Origin: a virus
Taxonomy: Duplodnaviria > Caudoviricetes
Virus record (IMG/VR): IMGVR_UViG_3300046063_000041
Location: 1 to 40,696 of that record
Strand: one strand, 5' to 3'
Length of the DNA stretch: 40,696 bases
This document shows, one piece after another, positions 25,728-36,700 of this stretch. The position numbers and the translations under genes are program-made. The notes below the pieces were generated by a model. The model did not search any database, was not told the origin of the DNA, and saw only the letters and a program-made list of their open reading frames with translations. Each line of letters begins with the position of its first letter. Within the stretch, counting starts at the first letter, position 1.

Positions 25728-26567
25728 ATGTCCGACCAGATCGTAGACGAAATTCAATTTGACAACACGCCGGGCGGCGGGTCAACGACCGAAACGTTCC
25801 AGGCTGACATCACGACGGACGGGTCTCTGGACGATAACCCCGACACGGTGACCGTCCTTGAGGGCTTTGATCGGCGCCGCGGCTTCCAAAAGGAGCCCTC
25901 GTTTCAGATTTTGGGCCCAGGCGCATTTTCGGCCCTGAGCCCGCTCATGACGAGTCGAAACGACGTGGAGGTCACGATCACATGGAATGGCGGTTCGGAT
26001 ACGGTCGTCTCCGGGCTCAAGGCCAACGTGCTTCCCGTAACGGCTGTCCGGCCCGATTTTAAGTCTGTGTGGTACGACACCGACACGGGTGCGAGCGATA
26101 CCCCGAGCACGGATTCCGACGGCAGCTGGACGGAGCTCTCCGAGCCGCTCGGCAATTTTAGCGAAGACCACGACATCATCACCCGCGAGAATGCTCGCGG
26201 ACTTCCGTTTTACATCGCGGGCCTTCTGGACGTGACGGTGCCGATGTTCTACAACCAGACGGCACTGTCGAACCTGCGCACCGAGGACAACAACAATAGC
26301 GAAATCCGTCTTGCCATCGAGACGCAGGCAGGAAATTACCTGATCTTCGGCGACCAGTCGGGCGGCGGCGTGGAGGTGGAGGTCCGCCAAATGCCGTCCC
26401 CTGCGTCCGACGAGGTAAACCACTTCGTCGCCAACGTTTTCCAAACCGGCGATTTCGACAGTATGATCACTTACCCGAGCGGGGCAAGTGATCTCTTCTT
26501 CGGCGCGCAGGTGGACATGTTCTCGTTCGCGCAGAATGAAGGCGACATCCTGACGGAGAACCGATAA
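25728..26567 (+). CDS. Major tail tube protein (putative)
   Basis: 279 aa beta-rich acidic protein ahead of chaperones and tape measure. Confidence 0.65.
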   Translation: MSDQIVDEIQFDNTPGGGSTTETFQADITTDGSLDDNPDTVTVLEGFDRRRGFQKEPSFQILGPGAFSALSPLMTSRNDVEVTITWNGGSDTVVSGLKANVLPVTAVRPDFKSVWYDTDTGASDTPSTDSDGSWTELSEPLGNFSEDHDIITRENARGLPFYIAGLLDVTVPMFYNQTALSNLRTEDNNNSEIRLAIETQAGNYLIFGDQSGGGVEVEVRQMPSPASDEVNHFVANVFQTGDFDSMITYPSGASDLFFGAQVDMFSFAQNEGDILTENR

Positions 26568-26624
26568 GCATACACTTTTCTACTCTCAGCGACACCTGAC
26601 ATGAGCCAACAGGCTCACGCATGA

Positions 26625-27086
26625 ATGCCTACCGACGCTGAATACACGCTCAAACTGCTTTTCGACCACTCGATCGATGAGTTGGCCGAAAACGAACCGC
26701 TGCCCGGCAGTACCTACGAGGTTGCACCCGGCATCGTCGGCGAGATGGGCTACCCCACGCTTAAGCAGCGGGAGCGGTTTTCAGAAATCCGCTCAGGGCT
26801 CCAAGAGATCTTCCGCGAGGACGCGACAGCCGAGGACTTCGAAGCGCTCGGCCAGCTGCTCCGGGGCGAGGAGCCGGAGGAAGGCCAGAGCCCGATCCGC
26901 GAGGGCTTGACTAGCCAAGAGTTTCAGCAGCTGACGTCGCGCGTCAACTGCGAGGCGACCGTCGAGATCCTGTCCTTCGACGAAGAGGTCGAGCCGCACG
27001 ACATCTCGCCCGACATGGCCGCGGTGGTAACGCGCCATTTTACCAGGCTGAGGGCGGTGGGGAATGGGTCCGTGAGCGAATCCTGA
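26625..27086 (+). CDS. Tail assembly chaperone (gpG-like)
   Basis: Position between tail tube and tape measure. Confidence 0.65.
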   Translation: MPTDAEYTLKLLFDHSIDELAENEPLPGSTYEVAPGIVGEMGYPTLKQRERFSEIRSGLQEIFREDATAEDFEALGQLLRGEEPEEGQSPIREGLTSQEFQQLTSRVNCEATVEILSFDEEVEPHDISPDMAAVVTRHFTRLRAVGNGSVSES

Positions 27087-27091
27087 AGGGC

Positions 27092-27334
27092 GTGCGCTCA
27101 CCCCAAAACGAGAGCTCGATGCGCCTGATGCGGTGGGCCAAGCGGTGGCAACGGACCGAGACGTGGCGCCACCGGCTTCGGGTCATGTGCGGATACGACG
27201 CCGAGCGGATCGACTACCACTGGCAGGAGGTGCCGATTGATCGGCTCGCGAAGATGTGGAAAAGTCACCTTTCGGAATCGGCGTACGAGCAGACGGGATC
27301 CAGTCGCGGGGCTAATCGCCGGCGGGGACTGTAG
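27092..27334 (+). CDS. Tail assembly chaperone extension (gpT-like), probably reached by -1 frameshift
   Basis: -1 frame is open back across the 3' end of the previous gene. Confidence 0.5.
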   Translation: MRSPQNESSMRLMRWAKRWQRTETWRHRLRVMCGYDAERIDYHWQEVPIDRLAKMWKSHLSESAYEQTGSSRGANRRRGL

Positions 27335-28244
27335 AGCCGTAGTGATACGTTGACTCGGCACCAAGGTACTTCATGCGATACCGCTTGAACTCGATGGGTA
27401 ATTTATCGGACTTCGACCTGTTGCAGTCCGGACAGGCGATGACGAGGTTCCGGGGCCAGTTCGTGCCGTTCCCGTTCAATGGATGGAGGTGATCAACATG
27501 ATATTCGTTGTGATGTTTTGGCTTCGTGCCACAACGGCCGCCGCACCAGAAGCAACGGCCGTTTTGGCGGTGCCATTGCCGGATGACATCGGAGAGATCA
27601 TACCATCCATCAGCCTCACTTTGACGTTTCCTTCTTTCAACCGCCCATTGGTTACCGGGGTCGTTTTCTTGGCGCCATTCCTCGTGATAGTTGAGCAAAC
27701 GTTCACGATTGCGGGCTCGATAGCCTTGGTAGTATTCACTTTGACAGCTTTTGCATTTCCCAGCATGTTTGTCGAGGCTTCCAGCATCTTTGCTGAAGGC
27801 TTCTATAGAAAGTTCTTGCTCACAATCAATACACTTTTTTGATTCTGGGATTTTATAGCCTTCTTCTTGGTATCGTTGCTTATCGTTTTGGTAACGATCT
27901 CGCTCATACTCAAGATAACAGTCAGAGCAGAGCCGATGGTGGCCATCATTAGATATTTCTTCAACGGCGTAGATTTTTTCACAACGACGGCACTGCTGAA
28001 GCAGCGGTTTACCAAAGAAATCAACGCGGTGGGCCTTGCAGTCACGAGAGCAGTATTTCGCAGAGTCCTTCCTGCTTTCAGAGACGCTAAACTGATCCCC
28101 GCAAAACTCACATTCGATAGTGTGCTGGGGACCCTCGAAAGCGTTAGCCATGCATTCTTGGCCGCAGTACTTAGCTTCATCAGCACGCGAGGGTGGGACG
28201 GAAAACGTATGGTCGCAGTGTTCGCACTCAAGATCAACTGGCAT
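27312..28244 (-). CDS. HNH endonuclease with N-terminal zinc-finger repeats
   Basis: Repeated CxxC...KYCxxxC; CFWCG, HVDHLHP, NWPRNL, CPDCNRSK; lower GC. Confidence 0.92.
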   Translation of the reverse strand: MPVDLECEHCDHTFSVPPSRADEAKYCGQECMANAFEGPQHTIECEFCGDQFSVSESRKDSAKYCSRDCKAHRVDFFGKPLLQQCRRCEKIYAVEEISNDGHHRLCSDCYLEYERDRYQNDKQRYQEEGYKIPESKKCIDCEQELSIEAFSKDAGSLDKHAGKCKSCQSEYYQGYRARNRERLLNYHEEWRQENDPGNQWAVERRKRQSEADGWYDLSDVIRQWHRQNGRCFWCGGRCGTKPKHHNEYHVDHLHPLNGNGTNWPRNLVIACPDCNRSKSDKLPIEFKRYRMKYLGAESTYHYGSTVPAGD

Positions 28245-28349
28245 GACAGAAACAGAAAATGCCCGCCGTTCTCCACGCCCGAAGCCTCACCGTGTTGGTG
28301 AGAACGTGGAGCCCAGCGGGCAATGAGATGGCTGGTGACGGGGCTTCGG
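28245..28349 (-). promoter_or_regulatory. Structured leader with terminator/antiterminator potential
   Basis: Competing pairings upstream of the HNH gene followed by TTTTCTGTTT. Confidence 0.55.
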
Positions 28350-28377
28350 GTCCGTCGCCCATATGCACCGATAAAGC

Positions 28378-28581
28378 TTACTCAGGTTCCTCCGACACAG
28401 CATCTCGGATGTCCTCAAGGATGCCGATTACGTAGCCACTGATCAAAATTGGAAGCCCCAACGCTAGCGCAGTAGCACCTGCTAAGGAAACAGTGGTTAT
28501 CTCAACAGCGAACCCGACTGGTACAAACATCAACCCGAATACGATACACAGCCCTCCAAGATAGTAAAGAACTGATCTCAT
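28378..28581 (-). CDS. Two-TM membrane protein (accessory)
   Basis: 67 aa, two hydrophobic helices, ILEDIRD tail. Confidence 0.7.
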   Translation of the reverse strand: MRSVLYYLGGLCIVFGLMFVPVGFAVEITTVSLAGATALALGLPILISGYVIGILEDIRDAVSEEPE

Positions 28582-31500
28582 GGCTCAAGAGCTAAGGTTC
28601 CAGTTATTGGGAGACGCCAGCTCACTACAGAACGCCTTCTCTGAGGCCACAGGTTCCGCCGAAGCTATGGAGGGAAGCTTGGGGGGGCTGGAGGAGAGCG
28701 TCGAGAGCCTCATCCAGGGACAGGTGGAGCTGAACCAAGCTGCTGGTCGCTTTACGGATGAGGGGGGCAACTTTATTTCCATCACCGAGGCGCAGGAGCG
28801 CGCACTCCAAGATTTGAATGAGGTTGGGGTGCAGTCAACCAAACAGGTTCGTGAGCAAGTAGAGCGCCTTGAGGCGCTGGAAGAAATCTATGAAGGCGAT
28901 GCCAAGGCGGCCTCAGAGCTTTCCGAGCGGCAACAGCGGCTACGCACCGAACTGGCAGAAGTGGGAGAAGCGGCAGCGCAGCAAAACCGTGACCTGTCCA
29001 GGCTGGACAATCAGTTTGGCGAGGCAACGGTGGAGATGAGCGACTTTGCTCGCCGCCAAGACCAGCTACAACAAGAGCTCCAAGAGACGGCCAGAGCCCA
29101 ACGCCAGATGGGAGAGGCGGCCGAGCAGGCAGGGGGACACATGGACGCTGTTTCCGGGCCAGCATCCGAGGTTGGTTTTCTTTTGCAAGACATGCAAAGT
29201 TTCCAACTTGGTGTCTCGCATGGGTTTAGGTCGATTGGGAATAATTTACCGGGCATAGTCAGCGGATTTCGAAGAGTAACGATGTCGGGAGCATCACTGG
29301 CCTCAATGTTTACGGGCCCGGCAGGTCTTCTGATCGGCGTAAACGCATTGGCCGGTGCGCTACCGTTTCTGGTAGAGAAGTTGACAGATACCTCCTCGGC
29401 GATGGACGAGGCGGGAGAAAGTGCCTCTTCTGCAGATCAGGACTTCAAGGGCTTCCTCAATACCACTCAGCGGTTGAATGAGGGCTTGCCGCAACTTGGG
29501 GTTGCTGCCGAAAACGTCCAGCAAAAGTTGGAGTCTTTGTCGGCACCAGCAGTGGAAGAGATTGCTCCCGACGGAGACATTGGGTTGGGGGGTGATATAA
29601 TCAATGAGGAAGAGGTAGACTTTAGCCGAGTAACAGGTGCAGAATCTGTAATCAACCGAATTACTCGCGAGATCGTCCGGGCTGGCGAGTCTGGGGCTGG
29701 AACCGTTCGCGATGAACCAGTCCCGGAAGGGCTGCGAGAGGCGCAACGGCAAGCACTCCAGTCTTTGCGTAGCGCGATCCGAGGAACCAGCGAAGAAGCA
29801 ATTGCGTTGCGGGCCGCTCTTCGGCAGGTCAAAGAGGTTGATGTCGGGGCGATTTTAGAGGGATCATTCAAGCAGGCGCAGCAGGAAATCGCGGCCTCGA
29901 ATGCAGAAATCGTCTCTGTCTTCGAAAACACCGAAGAAGCGCTCAACCAGCCGGAGGTGTTTGCGACAGAACTGCGCAATACCTTCTCTGAGCTGCAGTC
30001 TGATTTGCAGCAAGAGCAGTCCTTGGGGCTGGCCAGCGAATTGGACGCGGCAGAGCGGAAAGTTCAGTTTTTGGAACAGGGCCTGAAAGAGGCACAGAGC
30101 GCATTTGACCTCAGTGATGAGGAGTTCGAAGCCCAGTTTGGACCACAAATTCAACAGCTTGAACAGGCTCGGCAGCGAGCAGAAGACCTAAAGGATGAAA
30201 CCGAAGACACCGCCGAGGTGAGCGAAGAGATTGTTCAAGCCCAGCGCCGCATCACGAGCGCCGTTGAGCAGGGGGTCATCGCCCGCAAAGAAGCCAAGCC
30301 GCTACTTAAAGACCTCGGTACGTCCAACGACCAGATCGCCCGGTCCACCGCGGAGGCGCTAGGGAGCGTGGGGGGCCTCAAGCAGCAAATCACCGACCTG
30401 CTCGGCCCGCAGGGCAAAGCCTTGGCCCAGGCCCGCCGCACAAAGGAGCAGTTCCAGAGGCAGGTCGAGGCGGCCCGGAACGTCAACCGTATTTTAGCGC
30501 GCCGCGAGGCTGGCATTCAGGCCAAGCAGGTCATACCGGCGGGTCCTGGCAGTCTCGGCGAGATGCCGCCCGTACTCCAGAGCATCCAAGAGCTGAGTGG
30601 CCAACCCAACGTTTTGAAGCAGTATGCGCAGCGGCTCAAAGCAGCGAAGATTCAGGCGCAGGGGCTCGCTGAGTCCCTCGACGAGATCAACCTGGCTGGC
30701 AGTGCGGAAGAGTTGGGAGAAGAAACCGAACAAACGACGGAGGAAGGAACCGAAGAAGGCATTTCCGCAGGCGCTCGGGCAGGCGCCCAAACGTTAAGCG
30801 CTGTGATGAGCACGGCCATCTCCGAGATCACCCGCGATATTGAAAACAAGTGGGCGCGGGCAATCACCAACGCTGCGGCACAGGCCCTGTCGAGTGAAGC
30901 AGTGCAGCGGCTTCGCGGCGTGCTGTCTGGGGCTGGTGCTGCCAGTAGCTCAGGCGCTGCCGGTGATGCAGGCGGGGGCAGTGGCTCAGGGACTGGCAGT
31001 GGGGCTAGTGCCGCTGGTGGCGCTGGGGCTGCTGGTGCGGCCAGTGCGGCCGGTGGGGCAGGAGGGTTGGGGATCCTGCTTGCTGGTGCGGCTGCGAACC
31101 GCGCGACGGCAGGACTGACCGGTGATCCGGAGGGTTCCTTTGAGAACATCTTGGCAACACTGTTAGGGCCCATGGGGGGGCTTTTCGGTCTTTTCGCTGA
31201 GGGCGGCGAGGTGCGCGGCAAAGGGGGACCCAAGGAAGACCGTATCCCGGCGTTGCTCAGTGACCGGGAGTTTGTAATGCAGGCAGAATCTGCAATGCAG
31301 GCCCCAACGGCCATGGAGGCGATGAATGAGAATCCTGCACTGGCGGGGATGGTGGAGCAAATGTTTGTAGGACAGTCTCCAGAAGAGTTTGCGAGCGGTG
31401 GCTTCGCGACCGCTTCGGACGGAACTCCTTCGAGCACGATGCGGGCCGAACAGGAGTTGCAGGCAGCTCCTCCCAAACGCGAACTGTCGGTCCAGCTGGA

Positions 31501-31591
31501 GACAGAGGTAAAACGGCTGAATCGCCGAGAACTCGGCCTTTTGGTCCGAGGCGCCGACGGCATCCGCGATCAGTATGGATACAATGACTAA
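28580..31591 (+). CDS. Tail tape measure protein
   Basis: 1003 aa Ala/Gln/Glu-rich helical protein; FAEGGEVRGKGGPKEDRIPALLSDREFVM motif. Confidence 0.92.
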   Translation: MAQELRFQLLGDASSLQNAFSEATGSAEAMEGSLGGLEESVESLIQGQVELNQAAGRFTDEGGNFISITEAQERALQDLNEVGVQSTKQVREQVERLEALEEIYEGDAKAASELSERQQRLRTELAEVGEAAAQQNRDLSRLDNQFGEATVEMSDFARRQDQLQQELQETARAQRQMGEAAEQAGGHMDAVSGPASEVGFLLQDMQSFQLGVSHGFRSIGNNLPGIVSGFRRVTMSGASLASMFTGPAGLLIGVNALAGALPFLVEKLTDTSSAMDEAGESASSADQDFKGFLNTTQRLNEGLPQLGVAAENVQQKLESLSAPAVEEIAPDGDIGLGGDIINEEEVDFSRVTGAESVINRITREIVRAGESGAGTVRDEPVPEGLREAQRQALQSLRSAIRGTSEEAIALRAALRQVKEVDVGAILEGSFKQAQQEIAASNAEIVSVFENTEEALNQPEVFATELRNTFSELQSDLQQEQSLGLASELDAAERKVQFLEQGLKEAQSAFDLSDEEFEAQFGPQIQQLEQARQRAEDLKDETEDTAEVSEEIVQAQRRITSAVEQGVIARKEAKPLLKDLGTSNDQIARSTAEALGSVGGLKQQITDLLGPQGKALAQARRTKEQFQRQVEAARNVNRILARREAGIQAKQVIPAGPGSLGEMPPVLQSIQELSGQPNVLKQYAQRLKAAKIQAQGLAESLDEINLAGSAEELGEETEQTTEEGTEEGISAGARAGAQTLSAVMSTAISEITRDIENKWARAITNAAAQALSSEAVQRLRGVLSGAGAASSSGAAGDAGGGSGSGTGSGASAAGGAGAAGAASAAGGAGGLGILLAGAAANRATAGLTGDPEGSFENILATLLGPMGGLFGLFAEGGEVRGKGGPKEDRIPALLSDREFVMQAESAMQAPTAMEAMNENPALAGMVEQMFVGQSPEEFASGGFATASDGTPSSTMRAEQELQAAPPKRELSVQLETEVKRLNRRELGLLVRGADGIRDQYGYND

Positions 31592-31607
31592 CGTGCCCTC
31601 TGCTTAA

Positions 31608-33701
31608 ATGGCAAAGCGTTTTGAGGCCACTGCAACCGCGCTCATCGACGGTTACGACTACCGCGTCGAGATCTACGACGCGCGGTACGGGGGGGCGTCT
31701 ATCGAGGGTGCGCTACAGGATGAAGAGAACTGGATTGTCTGGAACGCAGGTGAGGGTGACGATGATGGCACGCGCCCAATAAAGCCGCACGAGGTTCAGC
31801 TTTCGGTTATCGAGACAACCGACGTAGCGCTGCTCCGAAACGCCGCCGAAGATGACATCCGAATCGAGGTGTATTATGACGGGTCAGGCAACATTGCATA
31901 CAAAGGCTTTCTGGCCCCGAACAACATCACGACTCACCCCCTCGGACCGCAACCCGATGTGGCGACACTTTCGGGGGCTGAAGGCATCCCGCTCCTCCAA
32001 AAGAAAACAGTCGGGGATCTGCCGTGGAGCTCTAATGACTTCGTGCTAATTATGACGGCAATCCGCACGATCTTAAATGAGGTCTACCCCACGAGCATCC
32101 CGATCGAGATCGGAATGGACTGGTGGCCAGCGGGCGGATCACTTACCTCCTCTGATCTTCCCCTTCAGGAGCGCGATCTTCCTGTAGATGGGCTTCGCGA
32201 AAGTCGGCCAGATGGCGATTGGCTTTCGCTTGACCAAGCGCTGAAGCAGTTGCTTGAATTGTTTGACCTAACCGTACAGCAGACACGGCGCGCATCAGAG
32301 ATCCGGTGGTGGATCAGCGCGTGGGACGCGTATAAATCCAACGGGCATATCGACACATGGCTGGTTCAACCCGATGGCACAACATCGTTCGAGGGAGACC
32401 AGGATGTGGTGGTGAACTTAGACGCGTTGGATGATCACCAAATTGAAGGCGAGTCGGAGCAGCCCAAAAACGACCCCGATGCTCAAGGGCGGCGCCGACA
32501 GTCCGTCACTGTAACGTATAATCACCCGCAAGTTGAGAATATCCTAAAAAAGCCCGGGTTTGAGGATGTCACCACCGAGTGGGCCATCGGCAACCCTGAC
32601 ATTCGGGCCGTCATCAAAGACCACAGCATTTTTTCGGACAAGACCCCTGATGAGACCGCCAATAACCAAAAGGTGGGGCTTCTAGATTATGACTCCGACG
32701 GGTCAGTAACGGGGGACCGGGAGTTTGGCTTTGAACAGGGGCTAGTGCTTCACGTGCGCCCAGAGGCAGATGCGGGTCTCCGCTTGGAGTGGAACGGATA
32801 CCAGCACAAATTCATCTCTCCCGAGGTACGCATCAAAAACGGGTCGACATACTGGCGAGAGACGAGCAGCGGTTTGCGTAGCGGTTCTTTGCCGGGAGAG
32901 GTGTCGCTTCCGATTGAGCCCTTGTCCGCCCCGATTGGTAAGGGCGTCAAGGTTCCTATCTGGAATGGTTTTGCGGACCAACTGCTGTCCAGAATTACGC
33001 TCAGCGAGCGGGCAGAGAAGGGCGATGACACCCTCGTGGGCGAGCTGGACAAGGAGGTCCCAGACAGCGCCTTCGTGCATTACGTGGAACCGACCAGCAC
33101 CAGCGACTCAATCGATGTGGAATACTTTGTCGCGGAAGGTAGCCGTGAGCAGTGGCGAAAGAGGCGAATCTACGTGCCCTATCAGACCCCCAGTGGCGAC
33201 CGGGTATCCAAAAATACCCTCAAAATCGAGCTAGGTATCATCATGTCCTCGTCGGGCGAAGGTCGCATCCGCTGGCTTTTCGACGACGTGCGCTTGCAGC
33301 CCGTGAAGGGCGGGCAACCCCTTAACGAAACAGTATCTGAGACGTCGACGGGCGAGATCGGCCGAGCGGAAGAGCTAAGCCAACGGTTCGGGTCGGGCCC
33401 TGATCGAAACACCATAAGCCGAATCAAAAACGGATTTCTATGGGGCGTTGGCGGACCGAACCCGACCGACAACTGGCCGATCAGTGAGCTCCGTACCCGC
33501 CAGCGCCTGCGCTACTTCCGAAAGCAAAACGATGCTTTTGAGGCGTCGGTGCTTGTGGAGAACAAAAGCCCTCAGATCGCCGGTCACGAGACGGTGAGGC
33601 TGGACAGCAAGATACACCGCGTGATGGCGGCCCAAAGTCAGCCTTCGGACGGCCGCATTCAACTGTCGCTTCTGCAGCACAAGGACTACGGCACGGACTA
33701 A
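31608..33701 (+). CDS. Tail tip/baseplate hub protein
   Basis: 697 aa after tape measure; YRVEIYD and YKGFLAP type motifs. Confidence 0.65.
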   Translation: MAKRFEATATALIDGYDYRVEIYDARYGGASIEGALQDEENWIVWNAGEGDDDGTRPIKPHEVQLSVIETTDVALLRNAAEDDIRIEVYYDGSGNIAYKGFLAPNNITTHPLGPQPDVATLSGAEGIPLLQKKTVGDLPWSSNDFVLIMTAIRTILNEVYPTSIPIEIGMDWWPAGGSLTSSDLPLQERDLPVDGLRESRPDGDWLSLDQALKQLLELFDLTVQQTRRASEIRWWISAWDAYKSNGHIDTWLVQPDGTTSFEGDQDVVVNLDALDDHQIEGESEQPKNDPDAQGRRRQSVTVTYNHPQVENILKKPGFEDVTTEWAIGNPDIRAVIKDHSIFSDKTPDETANNQKVGLLDYDSDGSVTGDREFGFEQGLVLHVRPEADAGLRLEWNGYQHKFISPEVRIKNGSTYWRETSSGLRSGSLPGEVSLPIEPLSAPIGKGVKVPIWNGFADQLLSRITLSERAEKGDDTLVGELDKEVPDSAFVHYVEPTSTSDSIDVEYFVAEGSREQWRKRRIYVPYQTPSGDRVSKNTLKIELGIIMSSSGEGRIRWLFDDVRLQPVKGGQPLNETVSETSTGEIGRAEELSQRFGSGPDRNTISRIKNGFLWGVGGPNPTDNWPISELRTRQRLRYFRKQNDAFEASVLVENKSPQIAGHETVRLDSKIHRVMAAQSQPSDGRIQLSLLQHKDYGTD

Positions 33702-36700
33702 TGGCGTTTGAGTCGGGGTCTACATTGGGTCTCTCCAAAGAGCGGACCGTGGTGGCTGCCTCCCGACCCCCGGCCACGGGCGGGGGCGTGTCCCGCGAGC
33801 GCGTTTTTGCGTCGAGGTTCGGCTTGTCGAAAAGCTCCGACAACACCGCAGCGCTTCAAAAAGCGGTGGACGAGGCGGCTGCCCGAGGGGCAGACCTTCA
33901 GCTCCCCCCAGGGACGCTTCCTGTTGAGGGGGGTCCGATCACTATCACCTCCTCATTGTCCGTTATCGGGAATCAAACGACCATAGATAAGACAGCGGAC
34001 AAAGAGGAGGCGGTCTTTCAGCCCAATGGCGCGGAAGAGGTGCGCTTTCGCGGCATTGAGATCGATGGCCCAGGGAAAGAGCCGGAAGGGGACCCGCCCC
34101 GCCAGCGCCAGCTTGGCATCCAAGTTATCGACTGCGGGCGCATCTACGTCGAGCGATGCACGTTCCGCAACCTCCCGACTGGCATCATCGCCAATGGCGT
34201 AGATTCAATGAACGTCGTGCGGTGCCACTTTGAGGATATGTTCACCGGCGCCACCGATGACGGAGAGCGGGGCTGGGGCGTGCTGTTTTCCGGTACGACT
34301 GGTGCTGGGAAATTCGCAAATAACGGGCACGTCTACGCCTGCACTTTTGTCAATGTGCCCCGGCACTGCATCTATTTCTCCGACAAGGTAAGCGGAGGGT
34401 CAGTATATGGGTGTAAGATCCAGTATGATAAGACGTATGACGGTGGCGCGGCCAACGAGCCGAGCGAGCCCAGGGAGGCGATTCAGGTGAACACAGGGTC
34501 CTCCAGCGGCGAAAATAAAGGGGTGACCCTGCAACGCAACTGGATTGATTATCGGGGCGCAGAGGGCACGTTCAATGGCGCCATTCGGCTGTTTCGCATT
34601 CAGGGGTCAGAGCTTTACCATCACAGGGTTGCCGATAATCACATCCTCGGCGGACAGATTAAGGTTGTTGGGAAACACCATCAAATCGATGGGAACCACA
34701 TTAAAGATTCCCCAGAGCATGGGGTGGCTTTAGGGGCGGGCGCTGAGAACTGTCGTGTCACGGGCAACTTCATCATCGGCCCTGCCCAGCAGGGCATTCG
34801 CACGGAGAATACAGAAGATACTCTTATCAGTGAGAATGTGATACAGTCGACGGGAGGCATCGGGATTAACACGCAAAACAGTGGCGGCGAAGAGGGGGTC
34901 ATTACTGATAATCACGTTATTGAAGCAGGGGATGACGGGATTCGCGTTGCGAGCCGAGTCAAAACGACCATTACGGACAACTTCATTCGGGAACCCAATG
35001 ATCACGGCATCCGGGCCGACTTCTCCTCAGATGGCAGCACGATTCAGGGGAACACCGTCGTTGGCGCAAATCAGTCCGAACTTGACTACTCCTCAATCAT
35101 TGTCGACGATTCTGAGGATGTAACCGTAACTAACAACAGGGTACGGCACGGCTCCCGATTTCGCACAGAGGTGGTCGGAATTGATACGGGAAACGATGAG
35201 ATTGAAGTGGAGGCGGACATCACATCAGAACTGAGCTCAGGCGATACAATACGGCTGAACAACCACCCGACACACAGCGGGAAGCACGATCTGAACGGGA
35301 GTCCAAGTCTGTCAGGGGGGAACACCCTGCTTCCTGTAGGGACTGACCTCACAGACGGAACGGCGCAAGGCAACGTAAGTGACCCCGACGCGCCACTTTA
35401 CGGCGTTCGGATTGAGAGCGGAGCGTCGAACTGTGTCGTCACAAACAATGACCTCAGAAGGTCTGGGGTCCGGTTCCCTTTCTTTGATGACAGTGGGGAC
35501 ACGCTTAAAAATCCACAGAACCAACTGGATCAAAACCAAGTCCTTGATGCGGGGGGCTTCCCACTTACAACGAAGATCAGTGACCAGCCGGATCAGTTCG
35601 GGAAGGTCGGAGATGTGCTTTTGGGGTTTGGTCGGCGCTTGACCAAGACTGCAGGCGATACGGGTCAGGAAGAGAACTGGCGGCTCGCCACACTGCCTGC
35701 CTCGGGGTCCGATACCGGCGATCTGATTGTCGTGGAGCTTACAGGCGGGCAGTTTGCATCGGACGAGCACATTCAGCAATCGATTCGATTTGCTAATAAA
35801 AACGGGTTTGAGGCATACACGGATTACCATTTCGGGAAATGGCTTGAGGAGACAAATTCCGCGCACATTACTGCGTATGAGCAGCCTGATGGCAGTGTAG
35901 ACATCTTTCTCACGCTTCCTGCCGATAACTACAAGGGCGGATCTGTCGTTGTACGGGAGGGGTCAGGCGTCATCCGAGAGCGCCCTACCGTCTACAAAAA
36001 TCCCGAAGATGCAGGGACGACGCCCCCAGGCACGAAGGTCTTCAGCAGCCTTGACGAAAGCCCGCAGTTCGTCGTTGACAACGCCCGAAACATTGGCATC
36101 GGAGGAGTGCCGGAACCAAACTTCAGTGCCGATGTCAAAGGTGGAGCTCGATGGCGAGATAGCGGATCAGAACCGACAGGCAACGGGGAGCTCCGTCGGG
36201 ATGGACCAGACGTAAAGGTGTACTCCGGCGGAGAGGTGGTCAACTTAAGCACCGTCGTAGACGGGAGCACCCCAACCACGTTTAGCGCCTCCGTTGCGAT
36301 CGACGATACGCTCATCTTTGCCGATCAGGGCGCCGATCCATCTTCCAACGGCGAGATGCAGCGCGATGGGGCGGACGTAAAGGTCTACTCCGGGGGAGAG
36401 GTACGCAACCTTTCCGAGACGGTAGATACAGGGACGCCCACGACCTTTGAGGAGGGGGTGACGATCAATGATACTGCTGGGCTCACAGTACAAGATGGGA
36501 GCGGTAGTGACCGCGCGGTAGTGCAGGCCGTAGGTGGAGACGGGATCTTTAGCCTCTATGACGACAACGGAAACAACTGGGTAAGCCTAGCGAACGGTCT
36601 CAGCGACTTTATCGATAGTGATGCGTTGGCAGTGGGCCAGTCCAGCGCTGGAGACGCCACACTGGATGTAAATGGAGCCCTTAAGGTTGGCTCAGAGGAA

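Noticed and set aside
30652-31563. 303-aa antisense ORF in the tape measure gene
   Set aside because: Mirror of a low-complexity Ala/Gly tract
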